Of a stretch of DNA of 64,000 nt, positions 9,587 to 19,279 are shown piece by piece. The notes under the pieces are model-generated. The model searched no databases, had not been told where the DNA came from, and worked only from the letters and a program-made list of their open reading frames with translations. Each line of letters opens with the position of its first letter. Positions within the stretch are counted from its first letter, which is position 1. Position numbers and translations under genes: made by a program. Source of the stretch: Longimicrobiales bacterium (GTDB lineage Bacteria > Gemmatimonadota > Gemmatimonadetes > Longimicrobiales > Gaopeijiaceae); assembly GCA_965116905.1 (NCBI GenBank), contig OZ220732.1, positions 1,728,001-1,792,000 of the forward strand, read 5' to 3'.

Positions 9587-11101
9587 GTGAGCGATTCATC
9601 GGCTAGCGGACCCACCGGGGGCCGGGAAGTGGACGCAAGGCGCCTGTTTCTGGGAAGCTGCGTCGCGCTGATCGCCACTTCCGTAGCATTTGCCACCATC
9701 GGCGCGGTGATGTTCTCCCTGAAGGGGGAATTCGTTCTCAACAACGCGCAGGTCGGGTGGATCGGCGGGGCCGCGATCTGGGGATTCGCGGTGTCGCAGC
9801 TGGTCTTCGCGCCGCTGTGCGACACGTGGGGAATGCGCACGCTGGTCCGGCTTGCCTTCGTCTGTCACCTCGGCGGGGCTCTGGTCATGATTTTCGCCGG
9901 CGGGTTCGCGACGCTGTTTGCTGGGGCCCTGGTCATCTCGATGGCGAACGGGCTGGTGGAGGCGGCGTGCAATCCGCTGGTCGCCGCGCTCTACCCGGAC
10001 GACAAGACCGTGAAGCTCAACCGGTTCCACGTGTGGTTCCCCGGCGGCATCGTCCTCGGCGGGCTGGCGGCCTACGCGCTGGACGATGCGGGGATCACCT
10101 CGTGGCAGATCAAGATCGCCCTGATCCTCATTCCTACGATCGCCTACGGCGTGCTGCTCCTCGGCCAGCGCTTCCCGGCCACGGAGGGCGTGCGCTCCGG
10201 CGTGTCCATGGGCGAGATGTTCAGGGCCACGATGGGCACTCCCCTGATGCTGCTGATGCTCCTGTGCATGGCGATGACCGCGTCGCTCGAACTGGGCCCG
10301 AATCGCTGGGTGCCGGCGGTGCTCGAGGCTGGCGGGATGGCCGGCATCCTGGTGCTCGTGTACGTGAACGGGATCATGGCGGTCATGCGCTTCAAGGCCG
10401 GCGCCGTGGTTCACCGCCTGTCGCCGACCGGCATCCTGTGCGCGTCGGCGGTGTTGTCGGGTCTGGGCCTGCTTTGGCTGAGCATGGGGGGCTCCGCCGT
10501 GTCGATCTTTGCCGCCGCGACGGTCTTTGCCTTCGGGGTGTGCTACTTCTGGCCGACGATGCTGGGCTTCGTGTCCGAGAGGATTCCCCGCAGCGGAGCG
10601 CTGGGTCTGGGGTTGATGGGGACGGTGGGGATGGCGGTGGTCGGACTGGTGACCTCGCCCTGGATGGGCGGGATCGCGGACCGCGCCGCGCACGAGGTCC
10701 TCGCGGACGACCGGACGTTCGTCGTGCTGGTCGAGGCTGGCGGCGCCCTGCAGTCCCAGTCGCTGCGCACCCCCGGGCCGGAGGGCGACGACCTGAGGAC
10801 CGCGCTCGATCTCGTCACGGGCGTCCTGGAGACCTACGACGACGAAGAGGTGCTTCCGCCCGTGGAGACCGCGAACGCGATGCGCGCGTTCATCGAATCG
10901 GGCTCTACCCACCCGGCCGTCGAACGGGCGCGGGGAATCCTGGGGCCGGCGGAAAACCACGGTGGACTCGTGTCGTTCCGCTACCTGGTGCCGGTGAGCC
11001 TCGTACTGGTGGTGATTTTCGGGTTGCTCTACCTGAACGAGCGCAGATCGGGCGGCTACCGGCCGGAGCACCTGACGCGATCGCGGACGCCTCCGGGGTG
11101 A
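9587..11101 (+). CDS. MFS transporter (probable sugar/glycoside)
   Basis: About 12 TM helices; NGLVEAACNPLVA, LNRFHVWFPGGIV, YFWPTMLGFVSER. Confidence 0.88.
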   Translation: MSDSSASGPTGGREVDARRLFLGSCVALIATSVAFATIGAVMFSLKGEFVLNNAQVGWIGGAAIWGFAVSQLVFAPLCDTWGMRTLVRLAFVCHLGGALVMIFAGGFATLFAGALVISMANGLVEAACNPLVAALYPDDKTVKLNRFHVWFPGGIVLGGLAAYALDDAGITSWQIKIALILIPTIAYGVLLLGQRFPATEGVRSGVSMGEMFRATMGTPLMLLMLLCMAMTASLELGPNRWVPAVLEAGGMAGILVLVYVNGIMAVMRFKAGAVVHRLSPTGILCASAVLSGLGLLWLSMGGSAVSIFAAATVFAFGVCYFWPTMLGFVSERIPRSGALGLGLMGTVGMAVVGLVTSPWMGGIADRAAHEVLADDRTFVVLVEAGGALQSQSLRTPGPEGDDLRTALDLVTGVLETYDDEEVLPPVETANAMRAFIESGSTHPAVERARGILGPAENHGGLVSFRYLVPVSLVLVVIFGLLYLNERRSGGYRPEHLTRSRTPPG

Positions 11102-11160
11102 CCGTGCTGGCCTCCGGGGTGATCGTGTTGGCCGCCGGGGTGACCGTGTTGGCCGCCGGG
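11093..11160. repeat. About 3.2 copies of a 21-bp tandem repeat spanning the MFS stop codon
   Basis: CCGGGGTGACCGTGCTGGCCT / CCGGGGTGATCGTGTTGGCCG / CCGGGGTGACCGTGTTGGCCG. Confidence 0.9.
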
Positions 11161-11174
11161 AGGCGTCGGGGCGC

Positions 11175-12350
11175 GTGAATCCCCACATCGGGCGGCGGCT
11201 TCGTTACGGCATGGTGGGCGGCGGGCCCGGTGCGTTCATCGGCGCAGTGCACCGCATGGCTGCTGCGCTGGACGGGGAGTACGAGCTCGTCGCGGGCGCC
11301 TTCGCGTCGCAGCCGGGACGGTCCCGGGAGCAAGGACGCCTTCTCGGCCTCGACGCGCGGCGAACCTACGACTCCTTTCAGGACATGGCGCAGGGGGAGG
11401 CCGCTCTGGGCGAAGACCGGCGCATCGAGGCGGTGTCCGTCGTCACTCCCAACCACCTCCACCACCCCGTTGCCACGGCGTTCCTGCGCGCGGGGATTCC
11501 CGTCATCTGCGACAAGCCGATGACCACGACGCTGGCGGACGCCGAGGACCTCTGCCGCACCGTCGAGGCGACGGGCCTGACCTTCGCGCTCACGCACAAC
11601 TACACGGGCTATCCAATGGTCAGGGAGGCGCGCCACCTGGTCCGTGCCGGGCGGCTCGGGACGGTGCGGAAGGTCGTTGCCGAGTACCCGCAGGGCTGGC
11701 TCGGCACGCGGCTGGAGGCGACGGGACACAAGCAGGCGAGCTGGCGGCAGGATCCGGCGCGGGCGGGGGCGTCGTCGGCGGTCGCGGACATCGGGTCGCA
11801 CGTGCACAGCCTGGTGCGCTACGTGACGGGCCTGGAGATCGGCGAGGTCTTCGCGGAGCTGTCGAGTCTGGTGCCGGGGCGCGTCATGGAGGACGACGCG
11901 ACGATGCTTGTGCGGTTCGTGGGCGGCGCGCGCGGCGTGTACTCGGCGAGCCAGGTGTCGACGGGTGAGCAAAACGGACTGGCGCTGCGCGTCTACGGTG
12001 AGGACGCCGGCCTGCTCTGGCGCCAGGAGCGGCCGAACGAACTGCGGCTGCTGCCCGCGGAGGGCTCTCGGGAGACGCTCACGCGCGGGAATCCCGGACT
12101 TTCGCCGGCGGCTCGGCACGCCACGCGACTGCCCCCGGGGCACCCGGAAGGCTTCATCGAGGCCTTCGCCAACCTCTATCGCGGGGTCGGGAGGGTGATC
12201 GGGGCGGCGATCGCGGGCCGCGAGGCCGATCCGCTGGACCACGACTTCCCCGACCACACCGACGGAGTACGGGGCATGCACTTTATCGAGAGCGTGCTCG
12301 CGTCGGCCGCCGCGGGGCGCTGGGTGGACATGGCGGGGTACCGTCCGTGA
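11175..12350 (+). CDS. Gfo/Idh/MocA family oxidoreductase
   Basis: [57 protein letters not shown]. Confidence 0.92.
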   Translation: MNPHIGRRLRYGMVGGGPGAFIGAVHRMAAALDGEYELVAGAFASQPGRSREQGRLLGLDARRTYDSFQDMAQGEAALGEDRRIEAVSVVTPNHLHHPVATAFLRAGIPVICDKPMTTTLADAEDLCRTVEATGLTFALTHNYTGYPMVREARHLVRAGRLGTVRKVVAEYPQGWLGTRLEATGHKQASWRQDPARAGASSAVADIGSHVHSLVRYVTGLEIGEVFAELSSLVPGRVMEDDATMLVRFVGGARGVYSASQVSTGEQNGLALRVYGEDAGLLWRQERPNELRLLPAEGSRETLTRGNPGLSPAARHATRLPPGHPEGFIEAFANLYRGVGRVIGAAIAGREADPLDHDFPDHTDGVRGMHFIESVLASAAAGRWVDMAGYRP

Positions 12351-13351
12351 GCCGGCCGGTGACGCTGTTCACGGGGCAGTGGGCCGACCTGCCGCTGGCC
12401 ACGCTGGCCGAAAAGGCGGCGGCGTGGGGCTACGACGGGCTGGAGCTGGCGTGCTGGGGCGACCACTTCGACGTGCAGGCGGCGCTCTCCGACCGATCGT
12501 ATTGCGACGAGCGGCGGGAGCTGCTTGCCAGCCACGGGCTTGGCGTGTGGGCGATCAGCAACCACCTGGTCGGGCAGGCGGTCTGCGACCGGATCGACGA
12601 ACGCCACCGCGGCATACTGCCGGCCAGGGTGTGGGGCGACGGGGATCCTGCGGGAGTCGGGGAGCGGGCCGCGCGCGAGATGGAGGATACGGCGAGGGCA
12701 GCGGCGCGCCTGGGGGTCGGCGTGGTGAACGGCTTCACCGGGAGCCCGATCTGGCACCTGCTGTACTCGTTCCCTCCGGTCCCGCCGGAGTGGATCGACG
12801 AGGGTTTCGAGGCGTTCGCCGCCGCCTGGTCGCCGGTGCTGGACGCGTTCGCGGAAGAGGGCGTGCGGTTTGCACTCGAGGTCCACCCGACGGAGATCGC
12901 CTTCGATCTGGTTACGGCCGGCCGGGCGCTGGAAGTGCTCAATGGGCACCCGGCGTTCGGCTTCAACTACGATCCGAGTCATCTGGCGTACCAGGGGGTC
13001 GACTATGTTGATTTCATCCGGAGGTTCGGCGAACGGATCTTCCATGTGCACATGAAGGACGTGTGGTGGAGCGGGACTCCGGCCGAGGCCGGGGTCTTCG
13101 GCGGGCACACCGATTTCGGCGATGCCCGGCGCTTCTGGGATTTCCGGTCGCTCGGGCGAGGACGCGTGGACTTTGAGGAAGTAGTCCGGGCGCTGAACCG
13201 GACCGGATACGCGGGCCCGCTGTCCGTGGAATGGGAGGACGCCGGCATGGATCGCGAACACGGGGCGTCGGAAGCGTGCGCGTTCGTACGCCGGCTCGAG
13301 TTCCCGCCATCGGATACGGCGTTCGACGCAGCCTTTCTGAATCGAGATTGA
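12347..13351 (+). CDS. Sugar phosphate isomerase/epimerase (IolE/AP-endonuclease-2-like TIM barrel)
   Basis: [51 protein letters not shown]. Confidence 0.9.
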   Translation: MSRPVTLFTGQWADLPLATLAEKAAAWGYDGLELACWGDHFDVQAALSDRSYCDERRELLASHGLGVWAISNHLVGQAVCDRIDERHRGILPARVWGDGDPAGVGERAAREMEDTARAAARLGVGVVNGFTGSPIWHLLYSFPPVPPEWIDEGFEAFAAAWSPVLDAFAEEGVRFALEVHPTEIAFDLVTAGRALEVLNGHPAFGFNYDPSHLAYQGVDYVDFIRRFGERIFHVHMKDVWWSGTPAEAGVFGGHTDFGDARRFWDFRSLGRGRVDFEEVVRALNRTGYAGPLSVEWEDAGMDREHGASEACAFVRRLEFPPSDTAFDAAFLNRD

Positions 13352-13364
13352 AAGCGAGGACCCT

Positions 13365-14102
13365 ATGCGCGCGAGCATGCTGGGTATGATCCTGGTCGCC
13401 CCGTGTCTGGCGGTGGTTTCAGTGCAGGGCACGGCGAACGCCATGCAGGAAGCCCCCGTGAACCGGCTGACCGCGGAAGAGGAGGCCGCCGGTTGGAGAC
13501 TGCTCTTCGACGGCACGCTCGACGGCTGGCGCGGCTATCGGCGGGCGGACGCACCCGCCGGATGGTCGGTCGAGGACGGGATCCTCGCCTTCACGCCGGG
13601 CGCGGGCGACGGCGACCTCATGACGAGGGAGCAGTTCGGCGACTTCGAGCTCGAGCTGGAGTGGAAGATCGCGGAGGGCGGCAACAGCGGCATCTTCTAC
13701 CGCGCAACCGAGGCGGAGCGCGCCCCGTACTGGACCGGTCCCGAATTCCAGATCCTTCACAACGCGGGGCATCCGGACGGCCGGACCCCGGCGACATCCG
13801 CGGGTTCGAACTACGCGCTGCACGCCCCCGTCGAGGACGTGACGCGGCCGGTGGGCGAGTGGAACCGGGTCCGGATCGTCCTTGACGGCGCTCGCGTGGA
13901 GCACTGGATGAACGGCGTGAGAATCGTGGAATACGAGCTGTGGACCGACGAATGGCGTGAACTGGTGGCGAGCACCAAGTTCGTTGACTGGCCGGCATAT
14001 GGGATGGCCCGCGCGGGTCACATCGGGCTCCAGGACCATGGCGATCCGGTCTGGTTCAGGAACATCAGGATACGGGTGGCGGCCGCGGGTTGCGGCCAGT
14101 AG
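13365..14102 (+). CDS. DUF1080 protein (3-keto-disaccharide hydrolase family), exported
   Basis: GWRLLFDG, DFELELEWK, GNSGIFY, EFQI, GEWNRVRI, GHIGLQDHGDPVWFRNIRIR; signal peptide. Confidence 0.9.
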   Translation: MRASMLGMILVAPCLAVVSVQGTANAMQEAPVNRLTAEEEAAGWRLLFDGTLDGWRGYRRADAPAGWSVEDGILAFTPGAGDGDLMTREQFGDFELELEWKIAEGGNSGIFYRATEAERAPYWTGPEFQILHNAGHPDGRTPATSAGSNYALHAPVEDVTRPVGEWNRVRIVLDGARVEHWMNGVRIVEYELWTDEWRELVASTKFVDWPAYGMARAGHIGLQDHGDPVWFRNIRIRVAAAGCGQ

Positions 14103-14132
14103 GATTGGCGGACAATGGAGATTTTCGTGGGG

Positions 14133-15980
14133 ATGAGAAAACCGGGCCGGGCGATCGTTGGGGCAGCCGTCGCGGCGGCGCTTGGAGGCTGCGCCGACCT
14201 GGCGCTGGAACCCGACAGCGTCCCGGACTCCATGGTGCTGCTGCCCGCGGACACACTGATCACCGAGGGCGACCCGCTGAGGCTCAGGGTGACCGTCATG
14301 GACGCGGACGGCAACGTGATTCCGGGTCCGCCATCGTGGGCACCGCCGGAATGGGAAGTGGCGGACGCAGACGCGGTGCAGATCGCCCCCGACGGCGCCG
14401 TCATCGGGTCGGCCGGCACCAGCACGCGGGTCGTCGCCCGGTCCGCCGGGCTCGAAGCCTGGACCACGCTGCGGATCAACCCGCTCAGCGTCGCACTGTC
14501 GGCGCCCGCCGTCTACCTCAATCAGGCCGCTCAGAACGTGGACGGCACCGTGCCGATCCTCGCGGGGCGCCGGGCGTTTCTCCGCGTATTCGCGAACGGG
14601 CACGAAGTCAGCTTCTACGAGCCCCGCGTGCGCGCCACCTTCTACCGGGACGGCGAGGCCGTGCACAGCGTGCTGATCAACCCGCCGTCGGAACTGCTGC
14701 CGGATGAGGTCGTCGAGAGCCGTCTCGACCGGTCCTACAACGCCGTGATCCCCGGCGAGGTGCTCCAGCCGGGCGTGGGACTGGTCGTCGAAATCGATCC
14801 CGACGGGGTGGTGCCGCAAAGCTCGGCGAGCCAGTCCCGTATCCCCGCTCAGGGCGTGATGCCGCTCGACATCATCGACATGCCCGGTCTCCACCAGGTC
14901 ATCGTTCCCGTCCTGGTCACCTGGGCCCCGGACGAGCGCGTGTTCAACTGGACCCGCGGCCTGACTGCCGAGAGTCCCCAGCTGCAGCTCGCGCGCACCC
15001 TCCTGCCGATCGGCGACATGACGGTCGAAGTGCACGAGACATACTACACGTCCGCGGACCTTACCGAGGGAGCGGGTTGGCAAGCGTTTCTTCGGGAAAT
15101 CAGGGCGCTCTACTACATGGAGGGGGAGAAGGGCTACTACTACGGCGCGCTGCAGCTGCCGGCCGGGTCCGCCTGGGGAGGGCTTGGCTACCTCAACCGC
15201 CCCGTCAGCGTGGGGCGGGCCAGGGAAGATACCTATGCCCACGAGCTGGGCCACAACATGAGCCTGCGGCACGCGCCGTGCGGCAGCGCGGGCGGGCCGG
15301 ATCCCAACTATCCGTACGACGACGGCAGCAGCGGGATATGGGGCTACCACATCGAGCGCGGCCGGCTGATCGACCCGGAACAGCACCGGGACCTGATGGG
15401 TTACTGCAGACCGGACTGGGTGAGCGACTACCACTTCATCCGGGCGACGAACTACAGGATGGCGAGGGACACACGCCCGGCGTCCGGTGCGGCGGATGCG
15501 CCAGCAGCGGCGGATACGCCCACAGCGGCGGATCCGGCAACCGCTCCCGAAAGGACGCTGTTGCTTTGGGGGGGTGCGGGCGGAGGCGAGTTGTTGCTCG
15601 AGCCCGCGTTTCTGATCGACACGCCCGCCAGGTTGCCGGAGGCGGCCGGCCCCTATCGGCTGGAAGGGTTGGGGCCTGCCGGAGAACAGCGTTTCTCGTT
15701 CGACTTCAGCCCTGATCCCGTGGAACACGGCGGCGCGCACTTCTTCTTCTCCGTGCCCTACGATCCGGACCGGGACGGTGGCCTGGCGCGCGTCGTGCTG
15801 ACGGGGCCGGAGGGCGAACACATACTGCAGGCCGGCAGCACGCCACCGATGGCGATCATCACCAATCGCGCCACGGGCCAGGTGCGTGCGATCCTCCGGG
15901 ACTGGGACGGCGGCTTCAACCGCGTCGACGGCGACACCGAGATCATGGTCAGCGACGGTCTGCCCGGGGGAGTACGATGA
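14133..15980 (+). CDS. Lipoprotein with Ig-like domain and metzincin (M66-like) metalloprotease domain, paralog 1
   Basis: Lipobox LGGC; HELGHNMSLRHAPCG; Met-turn DLMGY; alternative start at 14115. Confidence 0.8.
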   Translation: MRKPGRAIVGAAVAAALGGCADLALEPDSVPDSMVLLPADTLITEGDPLRLRVTVMDADGNVIPGPPSWAPPEWEVADADAVQIAPDGAVIGSAGTSTRVVARSAGLEAWTTLRINPLSVALSAPAVYLNQAAQNVDGTVPILAGRRAFLRVFANGHEVSFYEPRVRATFYRDGEAVHSVLINPPSELLPDEVVESRLDRSYNAVIPGEVLQPGVGLVVEIDPDGVVPQSSASQSRIPAQGVMPLDIIDMPGLHQVIVPVLVTWAPDERVFNWTRGLTAESPQLQLARTLLPIGDMTVEVHETYYTSADLTEGAGWQAFLREIRALYYMEGEKGYYYGALQLPAGSAWGGLGYLNRPVSVGRAREDTYAHELGHNMSLRHAPCGSAGGPDPNYPYDDGSSGIWGYHIERGRLIDPEQHRDLMGYCRPDWVSDYHFIRATNYRMARDTRPASGAADAPAAADTPTAADPATAPERTLLLWGGAGGGELLLEPAFLIDTPARLPEAAGPYRLEGLGPAGEQRFSFDFSPDPVEHGGAHFFFSVPYDPDRDGGLARVVLTGPEGEHILQAGSTPPMAIITNRATGQVRAILRDWDGGFNRVDGDTEIMVSDGLPGGVR

Positions 15981-16543
15981 GGCGCTGGTGGCTGGCCGCC
16001 TTCGCGGGCGCGGTTCTGGCCGGTGCCATGGTGATGCCCGGCACGCTCGGCGCCCAGATGCAGGCGGAGGTGCGGGGCGGGCTGACGGTGGGCAGCCATT
16101 CGGCCTCCGCCGCGGCCCTGGATATCGCGCCGGCCGTATCGTTCGACGTCGTGCTCAAGCGCCAGGTGACCCCGTCGATCGCGGCGTTCGGCGGCTTTTT
16201 CCGCACGGCGTTCGGCTGCGAGGAGGGGTTCTGCAAGGACAGGAACCTCACGGTCGTGGGCAATCACGGGGCTCTGGGCGGCGAATGGGGGGGAGCGGAT
16301 GCGTGGTTGCGGGCCGGCGTGCTCTTCGGGTCAACCCGGGTGGGCACGGAGGGCGAGCCCGCGGAGTTGGGCCTTGGTGCCCACGCCGCTGCGGGACTGA
16401 ACATCGGCATCGGACGCCTGCGCTTCCTTCCCGGCGTCTCCTACCGGTGGATGTCCGCGGCGACGGCTTCCAGCACCGACCATGCCATCGCGCTCGCGCT
16501 CGACCTCGGATTCGGGGTACAGCTTGGGGGAGGCGGGAGCTGA
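15977..16543 (+). CDS. Small exported protein, probable outer-membrane beta-barrel
   Basis: Signal peptide, alternating Gly/hydrophobic strands, C-terminal LALDLGFGVQL; coupled to both neighbours. Confidence 0.6.
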   Translation: MRRWWLAAFAGAVLAGAMVMPGTLGAQMQAEVRGGLTVGSHSASAAALDIAPAVSFDVVLKRQVTPSIAAFGGFFRTAFGCEEGFCKDRNLTVVGNHGALGGEWGGADAWLRAGVLFGSTRVGTEGEPAELGLGAHAAAGLNIGIGRLRFLPGVSYRWMSAATASSTDHAIALALDLGFGVQLGGGGS

Positions 16544-18420
16544 CGACGCGGCGCAGGTTCGGCGTCGTCGTCGCCGCGGTGCTGGTCCTGGGGAGTTGCG
16601 TCGATCTGGCGCTGGAACCGCAGCGCGAACTGTCCTCGCTGGTGATCTCGCCATCGGACACCGTGCTCATTGTGGGGGACCGGGTGCGCTTCGAGGTCGC
16701 GGCCCTCGACCAGCACGGCGACACTCTGGCGCCCTGGCCTGCCTGGGCGGAGCCGGCGTGGTCGTCGGCGGACCCCGATGCCATCTGGATCTACGACGAT
16801 GGCCGCGCGGAAGCGCTCGGGCACTCCCGAACCGAAATCCGGGTCTCGTTTGCCGGCCTGAAAGCCCGTACCCGGCTCAGGATCAACCCCCCCAGCCTGG
16901 TCTTGACCGCCCCGTATTTCTACCTCACGCAGGGCATTCAGAACCGCGACCGGAGGGTGCCCCTGATGGCGGGACGCGAGGCTCTGCTGCGCGTGTTCGT
17001 CACCGGAGACCAGGACAGCTTCTACCAGCCGCACGTGGTCGCCCTCTTCTACCACGGCGACCGGCTGGCCTACGGCGCGGACATGCGCATCGATTCCGAA
17101 GTGCTGCCCGGAGAGGTCCACGAGGGCAGCCTGGATCAGTCGTTCAATGCGGTGATTCCGGGTTGGGTCATCAGGCCCGGCACAAGGATGGTGATCGAGC
17201 TGGATCGCGACAGAAGCGTGCCGCTGGGTCCTGGAAGCCAGCTCAGAATACCGGCCGCGGGCAGGCTCGAGCTCGACGTGGTGTCGCTGCCCGTCATGGA
17301 CCTGACCGTCGTGCCGATCGTGGTCGCCTCGAAGCCGGACGAGAGCATCTACGACTGGGCGCGGGATCTCGACGCCGACAGCGAACAGCTGCAGTTCATC
17401 CAGTCCGTCATGCCCATCACGGAAATGGTCGTCAGCGTCCACGAAGGATATGTGACAACCGCCGACCTCAGCACCGGGGCCGGATGGGGACAGCTCCTGA
17501 CCGAACTCACCTTCCTGCGCCGCATGGAGCCCGGAAAGGGGTACTACTACGGGGCCATCCTGCTTGACGAGGCGGCGGTCTGGGATGGCCTGGCCTACAT
17601 CGGCTTCCCGCTTGCCATCGGGGCCGCCCATCCTCGCACCCTGGCTCACGAACTGGGGCATACGCTCGGTCTGCGGCACGCACCGTGTGGCGGTGCGATC
17701 GGTCCCGATCCCGCCTACCCATATGAGGGCGGCACGATCGGGGCATGGGGCTACGACTTCCGCGAGGGCCACGTCGTGGACTCGTTCCTCTACAAGGACG
17801 TGATGGGGTATTGCCATCCGTCCTGGATCAGCGACTACAGCTTCGCAAAGGCCCTTGCGTTCCGGACGGAAATGGAGTCGACGGTGCTGCAGGGCTCGGT
17901 CGCCGGGAACATCCGGGGCGCCGCGGACGGCGTGCCAGCCGGCTTCGGATCCCGCGGCGTGTCGGCTGCGGGAGCGTCTACCGGTGACCGAACCCTGTTG
18001 CTGTGGGGCAGGACCGGGCCGGGCATGCTGGCGCTGGAACCGTCCTTCATGGTGGACTTGCCGGTGGCGATGCCCGCCGACGAAGGACCGTACCGTCTGG
18101 AAGGGACGGGGCCGAACGGAGAACTGCGATTCTCATTCAGCTTCGCGCCGCGGCCGGTGGTTTTCGGGAGCGGGCAGTTCCTCTTCACGATTCCCTTCGA
18201 CCCCGCGCGCGACGGGGCGTTGGAAGAGATCGTGCTGTCGGGCCCCGACGGTGTGGTCTCGCTCGAGGCATCGGGGACGGGGCCCATGGCCCTGGTGACG
18301 GATCGAGCGACCGGGCGGGTGCGGGGGATGCTGCGGGACTGGAAAGGGGGCAGCGCGGCCGTGCGGCGCCTGGTGGGCCGGGGCGTGGATGTCACCATCA
18401 GCGAAGGGTTGCCGCACTAG
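16540..18420 (+). CDS. Lipoprotein with Ig-like and metzincin (M66-like) domains, paralog 2; probable CTG start
   Basis: Lipobox LGSC followed by VDLALEP (paralog 1: C-ADLALEP); HELGHTLGLRHAPCG; DVMGY; colinear with 14133..15980. Confidence 0.8.
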   Translation: MTTRRRFGVVVAAVLVLGSCVDLALEPQRELSSLVISPSDTVLIVGDRVRFEVAALDQHGDTLAPWPAWAEPAWSSADPDAIWIYDDGRAEALGHSRTEIRVSFAGLKARTRLRINPPSLVLTAPYFYLTQGIQNRDRRVPLMAGREALLRVFVTGDQDSFYQPHVVALFYHGDRLAYGADMRIDSEVLPGEVHEGSLDQSFNAVIPGWVIRPGTRMVIELDRDRSVPLGPGSQLRIPAAGRLELDVVSLPVMDLTVVPIVVASKPDESIYDWARDLDADSEQLQFIQSVMPITEMVVSVHEGYVTTADLSTGAGWGQLLTELTFLRRMEPGKGYYYGAILLDEAAVWDGLAYIGFPLAIGAAHPRTLAHELGHTLGLRHAPCGGAIGPDPAYPYEGGTIGAWGYDFREGHVVDSFLYKDVMGYCHPSWISDYSFAKALAFRTEMESTVLQGSVAGNIRGAADGVPAGFGSRGVSAAGASTGDRTLLLWGRTGPGMLALEPSFMVDLPVAMPADEGPYRLEGTGPNGELRFSFSFAPRPVVFGSGQFLFTIPFDPARDGALEEIVLSGPDGVVSLEASGTGPMALVTDRATGRVRGMLRDWKGGSAAVRRLVGRGVDVTISEGLPH

Positions 18421-18450
18421 TGAAGGGTTGCCGCACTAGCGGCATCCCCC
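18403..18450. terminator. Hairpin between the convergent protease gene and tRNA, with a tandemly duplicated left arm
   Basis: GAAGGGTTGCCGCACTAG at 18403-18420 and 18422-18439; GGGTTGCCGC/GCGGCATCCC imperfect stem; no U-tract. Confidence 0.45.
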
Positions 18451-18454
18451 TCAG

Positions 18455-18528
18455 TCGGGACGGCCGGATTCGAACCGGCGACCCCCTGAACCCCATTCAG
18501 GTGCGCTACCGGACTGCGCCACGTCCCG
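18455..18528 (-). tRNA. tRNA-Pro(GGG), CCA not encoded
   Basis: CGGGACG acceptor stem, D arm GCGC-AGTCCGGTA-GCGC, anticodon arm CCTGA-ATGGGGT-TCAGG, T arm GCCGG-TTCGAAT-CCGGC, discriminator A. Confidence 0.97.
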
Positions 18529-19279
18529 TGGGAGATGAAGCTAAAGGGTCGGCTGCGGATGCGGAACCCGTGTCCCGTTCGATGCGCCCGTCGACCATGT
18601 GGATGACCCGGCGTGCCCTTTCGACGACGCGGGGGTCGTGCGTGGAGAACAGGAACGTGACGCCCTCCTTGCGGTTCAGATGCTCCATCAGCGTGATCAG
18701 GTTCTCCGCCGTCTCGGAATCCACGTTGGCGGTGGGCTCGTCGGCCAGCACAATGGCTGGACGGGCCGCGATGGCGCGGGCGATCGCGACCCGTTGCTGC
18801 TGCCCTCCCGATAGCTCGGTGGGCCGGCGGTCCTCCAGGCCCTCCAATCCGACGTCGCGGAGCAGGTCCATGACGCGTTCCCTGCGCTCGGCCGCGGGCA
18901 CGCCCTGCACCCACATCACCATTTCCGCGTTCTCGTAGGCGGTGAGTACCGGGATCAGGTTGTACGACTGAAAGACGAACCCGATCTGGTCGCGCCTGAG
19001 CCGGCTGAGGTCCCTCCGGGCCATTGCGCTCAGATCCCAGCCGTCGACGGCCACCAGGCCCGAAGTGGGCGTGTCGAGGGCCCCGATCAGGTTCAGCGTC
19101 GTCGTCTTGCCCGACCCGGAGGGGCCGACCAGCGCGGTGAATTCACCCTCGTTGATGTCGAGATCCAGGTCGCGCAGCGCGTGGACTTCGACGGCTCCCT
19201 GGTGGTAGATCTTCGACACCTTCTCCAGGCGCACAACCGGGTAATTCTTCAGATTGGTCTTCTTGAGTATCCGAACCAT
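18506..19279 (-). CDS. ABC transporter ATP-binding protein (LolD/MacB-type)
   Basis: GPSGSGKTT, IGFVFQSYNL, LSGGQQQRVAIARA, LADEPTANVD, STHD; start at ATG 19279 overlapping the upstream stop. Confidence 0.93.
   Translation of the reverse strand: MVRILKKTNLKNYPVVRLEKVSKIYHQGAVEVHALRDLDLDINEGEFTALVGPSGSGKTTTLNLIGALDTPTSGLVAVDGWDLSAMARRDLSRLRRDQIGFVFQSYNLIPVLTAYENAEMVMWVQGVPAAERRERVMDLLRDVGLEGLEDRRPTELSGGQQQRVAIARAIAARPAIVLADEPTANVDSETAENLITLMEHLNRKEGVTFLFSTHDPRVVERARRVIHMVDGRIERDTGSASAADPLASSPTGRGAVR

Noticed and set aside
11093..11160. Possible CRISPR-like array
   Set aside because: Contiguous 21-bp units with no spacers, and no cas genes in the window.
15886..16539. 218-aa N-terminal extension of the second protease in the ORF track
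   Set aside because: It overlaps two real genes and would bury the lipoprotein signal peptide; homology to paralog 1 begins at about 16540.
18421..18528. tRNA-anchored genomic island
   Set aside because: No integrase and no direct repeat of the tRNA 3' end seen in the window; the nearby 19-bp duplication does not derive from the tRNA.
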